A stretch of DNA of 47,868 nt from positions 1 through 47,868 of the forward strand of contig JABHZY010000025.1 in assembly GCA_018656065.1 (NCBI GenBank), read 5' to 3'. This stretch comes from Candidatus Komeilibacteria bacterium (GTDB lineage: Bacteria; Patescibacteriota; Patescibacteriia; UBA1558; GWA2-36-10). The notes under the pieces were generated by a model. That model saw only the letters and a list, made by a program, of their open reading frames with translations. It had not been told where the DNA came from and searched no databases. Made by a program: the position numbers and the translations under genes. Shown one piece after another: positions 34,149-42,188 of the stretch (position 1 is the first letter of the stretch; each line of letters opens with the position of its first letter).

Positions 34149-35298
34149 GAAATTAGAAATCGGCATTGTTACACAATGCATAGATAATAGAAAAGCTATG
34201 GGCACCGCTTTGGTGGCCAGGCGTTTGGTGGAAAATTTAAAAGAATATAACAGTGAATTTAATTTTACTTTAATTCATCAACAAAAGGTTGATGACTCTA
34301 TTTATAAAGACACTAAACAATTATTTATTCCAAATATTAAGTTTCCAGTTGGTCAGGCTATTTTGAATGAGTCTATTTTTTGGCTAAAACAAAGGCTTTT
34401 CGGCAAGAAATTTGATATTGTACACTATCTACAGCCCAGAGTATGGCCATCATATATATTTACTAATAGTAAGTATATTGTGTGCACACCTCATGATGCG
34501 GGTATAATGCTTGATATTACTAAGGATACTCTAGCTTCTAAAGTATTTCGTTTTACCAACAAGTACTTACATCAACGTATGCATAAGCTAATGGTAGTTT
34601 CAGAATTTGCTAAACGTGAAGTTAGTAAATATTTTAAATATTCACTAGATAAAATATTTGTAGTATATAATGGCATTGATGCTAATTTTAAAGCTTCGGG
34701 CCAAGATAAAAATGAAATAAAAAAATATTTAAATAGTAAATATAAAATACCAGAAGAAAAAATTATATTATCAGTTGGTAGATTAGACCCTCATAAGAAT
34801 ATAATAAATTTAATTAAAGCCTTCAATAAAATATTAGATAAAAATCAGGATTTAAAATTAGTAATAGTGGGCGGTAAGCATATAGCAGATTATGATAAGA
34901 AGGTTTTAGATTTGGTAAGTAAATTAAATTTAGGTGATAAGGTTTTTATTTCCGGCTATATAGAAGAAGAAGATTTGCCAAAAGTATATGAAATATCCGA
35001 GTTATTAGTAAATGCCTCCTTGCATGAAGGTTTTGGTTTGCCATTACTAGAGGCTATGTCAACTGGTGTAGCAATTTGTTGTTCAGACAGCACAGCGCTA
35101 CCTGAGGTAGCTGGTGATGCAGCTCTAACCTTCAATCCTAATGATATAGACGATATGGCTAGTAAAATTAATCTTCTTATTAGTGATGATAATTTAAAAC
35201 AAAATTTAATAAGCAAAGGCTTAGAACGAATTAAGAATTTTAGTTGGGAGAAATCCACAGAAGAATTAGTTAAACAGTATAGAAAATTTTATGTTTAA
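34138..35298 (+). CDS. Glycosyltransferase family 4
   Basis: 386 aa. NASLHEGFGLPLLEAMSTGVAICCSDSTALPEVAGDAAL. Confidence 0.8.
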   Translation: MPNKKLEIGIVTQCIDNRKAMGTALVARRLVENLKEYNSEFNFTLIHQQKVDDSIYKDTKQLFIPNIKFPVGQAILNESIFWLKQRLFGKKFDIVHYLQPRVWPSYIFTNSKYIVCTPHDAGIMLDITKDTLASKVFRFTNKYLHQRMHKLMVVSEFAKREVSKYFKYSLDKIFVVYNGIDANFKASGQDKNEIKKYLNSKYKIPEEKIILSVGRLDPHKNIINLIKAFNKILDKNQDLKLVIVGGKHIADYDKKVLDLVSKLNLGDKVFISGYIEEEDLPKVYEISELLVNASLHEGFGLPLLEAMSTGVAICCSDSTALPEVAGDAALTFNPNDIDDMASKINLLISDDNLKQNLISKGLERIKNFSWEKSTEELVKQYRKFYV

Positions 35299-36484
35299 GG
35301 ACAAGACTTGTATATTATGTAAAAGTGATAATATTAAATCATTTTTTGATTTAGAGAATTCACCTCGGTCTATTTCTGGATTATTAAGTAAAAATAATTT
35401 AGATAAAGATAGTAAAATAAATATCCAGCTACACCAATGTCAAGATTGTAAGTTAGTTCAATTACCGGATAATGTTTTGACTCAGCAGGAAGATTTTTAT
35501 GAGGATTATCTAATGACTGTTACTCATTCCGAGTATATGATTGAGCATCAGAATCAACAGGCTAAATATTTTGTAGATAAGTTTAAGCTAAAAGACAAAG
35601 AAATATTAGAAGTTGGCAGTGGTGATGGTAATTTTTGTTCCGTGCTACAAAAATATGGTGTTAAAGCAACCGGCATAGAGCCTTCAGAAGTTTTTTATAA
35701 AGAAGCTGTAAAATTATTTCCAGATATAAAATTTGTTAAAGATTATTTAACTGCCAATAGTGATTTAGAAGTATCTAAGTATGATGGTTTTGTGTCTCGG
35801 CAGGTTTTTGAACATTTGGCTAATCCTAATGAAGTTTTGCAAGATGTAAAGAAATTTTTAAAACCAAATGCTGTGGGTATAATAGAGGTGCCTTCTTTTG
35901 AGTTTTCAAGGAAAAATAACCGTTTTTACGACATTTTTACTGATCATATAGTATATTATGCTAAACAAACTCTACAACGGTTATTGTCAGATAATGGTTT
36001 TGAAGTTGATGAGATTAGAGATGAGGCGGCTGGTGAATATATAGTGGCTTATTTTAGAAATGGTGATTATCAGGATATTTTAAATGAGGAATTTAAAAAT
36101 AAATATTTTGATACTAAAAAACAAGTTACTCAATTTTTTGAGGAGCATGAAGATAAAAAAGTTGGTATTTGGGGAGCTGGTGGCAAAGGTGTGGCTTTCT
36201 TGTCTCAATGTGGAGTAGATGCTAATGATTCAATGGTTTTATTTGACTCTGATGAACACAAACAAGATAAATACACGCCGGCTAGTCATTTTTTAATTGA
36301 AAAACCTGATACAGAAAAAATTAATAGTTGTGATTTAATAGTTATCACAGCCATGATGTATCATAAGCCGATTATTAGAAAATTAATTAATAATTATAAT
36401 TATCAAAATAAAATTGCCGTGGTAGCGCCGGTTATTCATATTTTAGATGAGCAAGCTATAAATGATATTGTCAAAGAAAAATAA
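35291..36484 (+). CDS. NDP-hexose C-methyltransferase (TylCIII/EvaC-like three-domain architecture)
   Basis: 397 aa. N-terminal zinc ribbon CILCKS...HQCQDCKLVQL, SAM motif ILEVGSGDGNF, and a C-terminal Rossmann-like VGIWGAGGKGVAFLSQCG...DSDEHKQDKYTP. This matches the Methyltransf_13/14 layout from memory. Confidence 0.7.
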   Translation: MFKDKTCILCKSDNIKSFFDLENSPRSISGLLSKNNLDKDSKINIQLHQCQDCKLVQLPDNVLTQQEDFYEDYLMTVTHSEYMIEHQNQQAKYFVDKFKLKDKEILEVGSGDGNFCSVLQKYGVKATGIEPSEVFYKEAVKLFPDIKFVKDYLTANSDLEVSKYDGFVSRQVFEHLANPNEVLQDVKKFLKPNAVGIIEVPSFEFSRKNNRFYDIFTDHIVYYAKQTLQRLLSDNGFEVDEIRDEAAGEYIVAYFRNGDYQDILNEEFKNKYFDTKKQVTQFFEEHEDKKVGIWGAGGKGVAFLSQCGVDANDSMVLFDSDEHKQDKYTPASHFLIEKPDTEKINSCDLIVITAMMYHKPIIRKLINNYNYQNKIAVVAPVIHILDEQAINDIVKEK

Positions 36485-37440
36485 TGTTAAATAATAATTG
36501 TCCATTATGTAAAGCGTCTAAAGAATTTAAATATTTAGAAGCTCATATTGATAATAATAAGGAATATAAGCTCTACGAATGTAAAGTATGTAGAGCTCAA
36601 TTTTGGTGGCCTTTAAAAAATCCTGGTGCTCAGTGGTATGAAAATGATGAACGCTATTCTGATAGAAATTTTGATCCGATATTAATTCCCAACTGGAATC
36701 ACAAAAAGATCATTTCTTTTTTAAAAAATAAAACAGGTAAAGTTTTAGATATTGGCTGTGGGGTTGGAACTTTTTTGAAACACGCTCAAGATAATAATTG
36801 GGATACTTATGGTCTTGATTTCGATAACGATGCCATTAAAGCAGCTCAGGAAACATTTAAATTAAAAAACTTAGAAGTTTGCGATTTACTGACATACCAT
36901 AATAAATACCCTGACAAAAAATTTGATTTAATAACTATTTTTGATGTATTCGAACATATTGATAATCATAATGAATTTATAAAAACTATTTTTGATATGC
37001 TTAGTCCGGGTGGGTATATTGCTATGAGTATGCCTTATCGTTATGGCGCAACATGGTTGAAGCCACATGATTTGCCACCACGACATTTAACTCGCTGGGA
37101 TAGGAGGTCATTGACTCAATATTTAGTCAAACAAAATTTTAAGGTTAAATATAAAAAAATATTAGATACCGGTTATAATTTTATATTAATGAAATTAAGA
37201 TTTCGCTATGGTAAGTTTTTTTCTTTTAATCTAGTTGGAAAAATTAAACAAAGTAAACGCAGTGATAATAAAATTGAGTTAAATAGTTCGTCTGAAAAAA
37301 TGATAACTAAAGTTCATATTTTAGCTAGAATAAAAGATTTAATTATTTTTGGTCTACCAGCTTTATTGATCTGGTTAGCTATGTTACCTTTTAAGAAGAG
37401 ATACGTGACATTATATGTAATTGCACAAAAGAATGAATAA
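36484..37440 (+). CDS. SAM-dependent methyltransferase with an N-terminal zinc ribbon and a C-terminal membrane anchor
   Basis: 318 aa. CPLCKAS...CKVCRAQFWWP, VLDIGCGVGTFL and ITIFDVFEHI. The C-terminal hydrophobic segment is LIIFGLPALLIWLAMLPF. Confidence 0.65.
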   Translation: MLNNNCPLCKASKEFKYLEAHIDNNKEYKLYECKVCRAQFWWPLKNPGAQWYENDERYSDRNFDPILIPNWNHKKIISFLKNKTGKVLDIGCGVGTFLKHAQDNNWDTYGLDFDNDAIKAAQETFKLKNLEVCDLLTYHNKYPDKKFDLITIFDVFEHIDNHNEFIKTIFDMLSPGGYIAMSMPYRYGATWLKPHDLPPRHLTRWDRRSLTQYLVKQNFKVKYKKILDTGYNFILMKLRFRYGKFFSFNLVGKIKQSKRSDNKIELNSSSEKMITKVHILARIKDLIIFGLPALLIWLAMLPFKKRYVTLYVIAQKNE

Positions 37441-38980
37441 ATTAAGAAATTTATTAACTACTAATTTTTTCCCACTAAGTTTGATTATATTAGGCTTGAT
37501 TATTAGGTTGGCTATGATAAATATGCCAAACTCTTGGTTACTAACTAATATTTTATCTGATGATGCTTTTTATTATTTTAAATTAGCTCAAAATATGGCA
37601 GCTGGCCTAGGATCTACTTTTGATGGCTGGCAAGAAACTAATGGCTACCATCCTCTGTGGCTTTGGTTGATTGTACCTATTTTTAAAAACAGTCAATCAA
37701 TTTGGCAACCTATTCAAATTACTTTAATATTATCAGCTATTATAAACGCCTTAACTAATTTAGGTTTATTGGCCATTATTTCAAAATATACTAAAAACAT
37801 TTGGATAAAAGTTTTAGGAATTTTTGTTTTTGTTTTTAATCCTTTTAATATATACGAATCTATTAATGGCTTGGAAACTGGTTTAGCTTTATTATTTTTA
37901 GTTTTATTTATACTAGTAGCTATAAATTTAAAAAATAAAAAAAGCTTTTGGTTATTTATATTATGGGGAATTATCGGCGCGGCAATGATGTTGGCTCGTT
38001 TAGATAATGTTTTTTATTATATAGCTGGATTAGCTTGGATATTTTTTACTCAAGACAAAAAATGGCAAAAAGTTTTTGTAGTAGGTTTGACCTCAACAGT
38101 ATTAGTTTTACCGTGGCTTATTTGGAGTAAATTAAAATTTGGTACAATACTCACTTCTTCTGGATCTGCTTCTACCATAGTTAATCATCATTTGATAGTT
38201 CAAGATCATGGACCAGGTTTAGCCCAGCAGATTAAAGCAGTTTTTTATTCTAGTTATTATGGTCTACAGATGGCTATTACTCAGACAGGTGCGCCAGAAT
38301 TATTTTTGATAGTTTTTGGCTTGGCTTTGGCTTGGCTGGTTGGACATAAGACTCTATCCAAGAAAGGTTATAAAAAATATTCTGTCGAAGTTTATTTATT
38401 TCTTGGCTTTATATTATTATTTTTATTAAATGCTAGTTTACGCTGGACTTATCGTACTTGGTATTTCATATCCATTAATATCTATTTGGTTTTAGCTATA
38501 GTTTGGTATTTACAAAAAATTAGACATTGGTGGCCAGCTAAAGCAAAATTTTATATTTTATTCGGTATTTTATTAGCTAGCTCATTTTATATTTCTTGGT
38601 CTAGGCATTTAGTTAATAGAGATGCTAGGCAAATTCAGATGCAACAAATATCTATTTGGGCTAATAATAATTTACCAGCTGATACAAAAATAGGAGTTTT
38701 TAATGCAGGTATTCAAGGATATTTTTCTAATAATAAAGTAGTTAACCTTGATGGTCTAGTAAATTTTCCAGGCTACCGCGCTTTAGCTGAATATAGACTG
38801 TGGGATTACGCACAAGAAGAGGGTATAGAATATTTGATTGATTTTGATGTATACTTAGATTATCGTTATAATGCTTTCTTTGGCATTGATGATTTAAAAT
38901 CCCGTTTAGAGTTAATTGAGCATGATTTATTAGAAGCTCAGGGTCCTAAAGATATAAAAGTTTATAAAATAAAAAAATAA
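37433..38980 (+). CDS. Large polytopic membrane protein, GT-C-fold glycosyltransferase candidate (ArnT/PMT/YfhO-like)
   Basis: About 515 aa with more than 10 hydrophobic segments. An acidic pair lies after TM1 (LSDDAFYYFKLAQNMAAGLG). The C-terminal soluble domain is about 120 aa. ATG 37433 is preferred over TTG 37421. The family call is inferred from topology and context only. Confidence 0.4.
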   Translation: MNKLRNLLTTNFFPLSLIILGLIIRLAMINMPNSWLLTNILSDDAFYYFKLAQNMAAGLGSTFDGWQETNGYHPLWLWLIVPIFKNSQSIWQPIQITLILSAIINALTNLGLLAIISKYTKNIWIKVLGIFVFVFNPFNIYESINGLETGLALLFLVLFILVAINLKNKKSFWLFILWGIIGAAMMLARLDNVFYYIAGLAWIFFTQDKKWQKVFVVGLTSTVLVLPWLIWSKLKFGTILTSSGSASTIVNHHLIVQDHGPGLAQQIKAVFYSSYYGLQMAITQTGAPELFLIVFGLALAWLVGHKTLSKKGYKKYSVEVYLFLGFILLFLLNASLRWTYRTWYFISINIYLVLAIVWYLQKIRHWWPAKAKFYILFGILLASSFYISWSRHLVNRDARQIQMQQISIWANNNLPADTKIGVFNAGIQGYFSNNKVVNLDGLVNFPGYRALAEYRLWDYAQEEGIEYLIDFDVYLDYRYNAFFGIDDLKSRLELIEHDLLEAQGPKDIKVYKIKK

Positions 38981-38984
38981 AAAT

Positions 38985-39347
38985 ATGCATTATTTTTTTC
39001 TAGTCAGTGCAGTTTTATTCAACTCTTTGGCGAATTTGTTACTAAAAATCCAATCCCAAAAAGGATTAGACATGAGTAATCTAAATATTTGGTATTTAAT
39101 TACTCATAATTATTTATTTATAAGTAGTGTAGTAGCCTTTGCTATTAATCTTATATTTTATCTTTTTGCCTTGAAACATATTTCTATGTCAGTGGCTTAT
39201 CCAATAATGATTGCCGTTAGTTTTATTATTATTAATGGAGCAGCTCACTTTATTTTTCATGAGCAAATTCAATTATTACAGGTGTTAGGTTACCTGCTTA
39301 TTCTAGTTGGTGTATCTTTAGTAGTTATTTTTGCGCCACGCGTTTAA
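38985..39347 (+). CDS. Small four-TM SMR/EamA-half membrane protein, candidate lipid-linked sugar flippase (ArnE/ArnF-like)
   Basis: 120 aa with four hydrophobic segments. It lies immediately downstream of the GT-C candidate. Confidence 0.45.
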   Translation: MHYFFLVSAVLFNSLANLLLKIQSQKGLDMSNLNIWYLITHNYLFISSVVAFAINLIFYLFALKHISMSVAYPIMIAVSFIIINGAAHFIFHEQIQLLQVLGYLLILVGVSLVVIFAPRV

Positions 39348-40419
39348 AAGTTTTTACCCAAACTTTCATACCAGCCACATAATCTTTTAGAAATTTTTGT
39401 TGGGCTGGTGTGCCGTCGTATTTTTTAACCAAAATATCTAATTGTTTAGTAAGTTGTGCAAAGCTGTCTTGGTAATTTTTACCAGTCAGTTTTATTTTTT
39501 TAAGTAAATTAACAAAATCTGTAGTTAGTTGCATACCCAGGTCTTCTTTGGCAAGATCTTTCCAATAATTATGAATATTACGTTCTTGGTTAACCAGTGG
39601 TTGACCGAAAGCAATATAATCTCCTAGGTAGTCAGAGATTCTTTTAACTACATAGGCTCCCCAAATATCATCGTAACGACCAACCAGTGGACTGAGAAAG
39701 TAAGCGGGAATAATATCTCGAGCTAGAGCAGTATTTTGGGAATTAAATGGAGTCCAAGTTTTTTTTGCTACAGCAAAATCATTTTTCTTTTTGTAAGCAG
39801 TAACTGTAATATCATTGTTTGGAAAGTATAATCTAGTTAAAGCATCTATATCTGGATCGTTTAGCCAGAAACCAGCGTTGACCACGACATTTATATTTTT
39901 TTTGATAGATTTAGTTTTTTCATCCAGGAATCTATATTCTTGAGCAAATCCACGATGATAAAAACGACGATTGTGTTTTTCTTTTAATTGATCACAAACA
40001 TTGAGCCAGCCAGTAGAGGAGGAAATAGTTTCTAAATTTCTTTTGCCCAGGGCATGTAACTTTATAAAATCTTTAGAAATAAAGAAATTATCATCATCAA
40101 TAGTAATAATTTTTTCAGCACCCATCTCATAGGCAAGTAAAATACCTATGTTACGACGTTGGATAGAATTATAAACTAAATGTTTATTCAATTCAGGAAA
40201 TTTGCGTAGATATTTTAATTGATCAGGAATATCTAAGTATTCTATAGTTACTTTAAATTGTTTAGCAATTTTTTTACAATAAGGTTTAGTGGCCTTCGGG
40301 GTTTTTTTGTCTCCAATTACTACAAAAAAAGCATCGTGTTTATATTTTTTTACATTTTTAGCATAGTCAGCTAATAGCGTAGGTACATTTATAGTCGTTG
40401 TTATAATGGCTGTTTTCAT
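39325..40419 (-). CDS. RGP/GT75-like (reversibly glycosylated polypeptide-like) or related DxD nucleotide-sugar enzyme; family uncertain
   Basis: 364 aa. IITTTINVP...FFVVIGDKKTP...SIQRRNIGILLAYEMGAEKIITIDDDNFF parallels the plant RGP pattern IVIPTI...IIVQDGD...IFTIDDDCFV as I recall it. Confidence 0.35.
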   Translation of the reverse strand: MKTAIITTTINVPTLLADYAKNVKKYKHDAFFVVIGDKKTPKATKPYCKKIAKQFKVTIEYLDIPDQLKYLRKFPELNKHLVYNSIQRRNIGILLAYEMGAEKIITIDDDNFFISKDFIKLHALGKRNLETISSSTGWLNVCDQLKEKHNRRFYHRGFAQEYRFLDEKTKSIKKNINVVVNAGFWLNDPDIDALTRLYFPNNDITVTAYKKKNDFAVAKKTWTPFNSQNTALARDIIPAYFLSPLVGRYDDIWGAYVVKRISDYLGDYIAFGQPLVNQERNIHNYWKDLAKEDLGMQLTTDFVNLLKKIKLTGKNYQDSFAQLTKQLDILVKKYDGTPAQQKFLKDYVAGMKVWVKTFKRVAQK

Positions 40420-40423
40420 TTTT

Positions 40424-41470
40424 TTATTTATTATTTTTTAAACGATCATGGGCATGATCTAATACTTTTTGTAGGCCTTCCTCTAAGCTTATTTTAGGTT
40501 TCCAGCCTATTTCATTATTTAAAATTGTAGTGTCAGCATAGCGAGATTGAACACCAACTGGTTTATCTAACAGTCTTTTAATATCTGCTTGATGTCCTTC
40601 TAATTTACAGAAAACTTCTATTAGCTGATTAAAGCTAGTTAATTTACCAGAGCCGATATTAATTCCGCGACCATCTTTAACTTTATCTAATATTATCAGC
40701 ATAGCATCTACACAATCATCAATATGAACAAAATCTCGTCCTTGTTCGCCGGTTCCCCAGACTTCTATTGGATTGTCGTGTCTAGCTATCCGTAGGCCTA
40801 TGGAAGGGGTAGGATAAGTCAGGTCTTGATCTTCACCATAGCCAGAAAAAGGACGTACGCAGGCTACATGTAAATTATAACGTTCATGAGCTAAAGTGGC
40901 TAGATATTCGCCAGATAATTTTGACCAACCGTAGGTCATGTCCGGTTGTCCTAGGCGACCAGAAAAATCAATAAATTCTTCTTTGAGAGCTAAAGCTTTT
41001 TCCTCGCTTTGTAAATCAGTTGGATAGGCTGCCGAAGATGAGGCATACAATAGTCTTTCTAAATTATTTTTATCACGAGTAGCCCAGAGGAAAATACTAG
41101 CATCAATTGCTAGATCAGTAGAAATAAGTAGAGGATCACCGTCAATCAATTCTCTCCCGCCAACTATAGAGGCTAGATGATAAACATCTTTGAAAGCTGG
41201 TAGTTTAATAATATCTTCTTTTTTACTGATCTGATCAGCAAAAAAAGTCAAACAATCTGTTTCTAAAAATATAATTTTTTTATTATCTAGAGAATATATT
41301 TGAAGATCTTCTTCGATTTTTTTTGACCAATCTTTTAGCCAAGTATCAGGGTGTAGACCAGTTGATAAATTATCAATTATCCAAAGTTCTTCAACTTCTT
41401 CTAATAATCTTTTTGTGAGGTGTCGACCGACAAATCCACAGCCACCGGTAATTAAAGTAGGTTTAGGCAT
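40424..41470 (-). CDS. NAD-dependent NDP-sugar epimerase/dehydratase (extended SDR)
   Basis: 348 aa. LITGGCGFVGRHLTKRLL, SSSAAYP, YGWSKLSGEYL (YxxxK) and DKPVGVQSRYADTTILNNEIGWKP. The layout resembles GDP-mannose 3,5-epimerase-type enzymes, but specificity is not determinable. Confidence 0.6.
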   Translation of the reverse strand: MPKPTLITGGCGFVGRHLTKRLLEEVEELWIIDNLSTGLHPDTWLKDWSKKIEEDLQIYSLDNKKIIFLETDCLTFFADQISKKEDIIKLPAFKDVYHLASIVGGRELIDGDPLLISTDLAIDASIFLWATRDKNNLERLLYASSSAAYPTDLQSEEKALALKEEFIDFSGRLGQPDMTYGWSKLSGEYLATLAHERYNLHVACVRPFSGYGEDQDLTYPTPSIGLRIARHDNPIEVWGTGEQGRDFVHIDDCVDAMLIILDKVKDGRGINIGSGKLTSFNQLIEVFCKLEGHQADIKRLLDKPVGVQSRYADTTILNNEIGWKPKISLEEGLQKVLDHAHDRLKNNK

Positions 41471-41474
41471 GTTA

Positions 41475-42185
41475 TTATTTTAATATTTTTTTCTTTGAAG
41501 TTAATAAAGTTTTTAGACCAGTGTAAATATAAACAAAGTTGGTCATAAAAGTATTTTGTGAGACACCTTCTTCGCGAGTTTTCCAGCTAGAAGGAATTTC
41601 TTTTATAGTATAACCAAGTCGCATTGGTTTAATCAAACATTCAAACAGGAAAGGGTGTTTTAGCTCGGTCCATTTTATTTTTTTTAGAATATCTGTTTTA
41701 TATATTCGAAAAGCAAAAGTCAGATCAGTTAATTTGGTTCTATACATTAATCTAAAAATTCCTTGGAAAATTTTGTTTAAAATTAATTTTATGGGATTAT
41801 AGCCTTTAAATGAAGCTGTTTTATGCCAACGGGTGCAAGTAACAATATCATAGCCATTTTGTGCTTCATTGATTAAATCTTTGACACTATGAGGATCAGT
41901 TTCTAAATCAGAAGCCATTAAAACCGTGTATTCATAATTTACCAAATCAAAAGCTTCACGCAAAGCTCCGCCCAGAAAGGGGAGGGTTTGTTGATGAGTT
42001 TTAATTAATTCAGGGTGATTATTTTTTAATTTACTGATTACTTTATTACTTTCGGGAGTAGTTATTTTAGCTGTTACTATTAAAATTTCACCAATGGTAT
42101 CTGGATTTTCTGATAGTAAAATATCTACAGTTTGTTGTAGAGAAAATGTTTCGTTGATTACTGGTAAGATAATAGAAACTTTCAT
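41475..42185 (-). CDS. Glycosyltransferase family 2, polyprenyl-phosphate sugar synthase-like (DPM1/ArnC/GtrB/CsbB type)
   Basis: 236 aa. MKVSIILPVINE and LMASDLETDP (a DxD-like motif). The size and layout fit short GT2 enzymes. Confidence 0.6.
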   Translation of the reverse strand: MKVSIILPVINETFSLQQTVDILLSENPDTIGEILIVTAKITTPESNKVISKLKNNHPELIKTHQQTLPFLGGALREAFDLVNYEYTVLMASDLETDPHSVKDLINEAQNGYDIVTCTRWHKTASFKGYNPIKLILNKIFQGIFRLMYRTKLTDLTFAFRIYKTDILKKIKWTELKHPFLFECLIKPMRLGYTIKEIPSSWKTREEGVSQNTFMTNFVYIYTGLKTLLTSKKKILK

Positions 42186-42188
42186 TTT

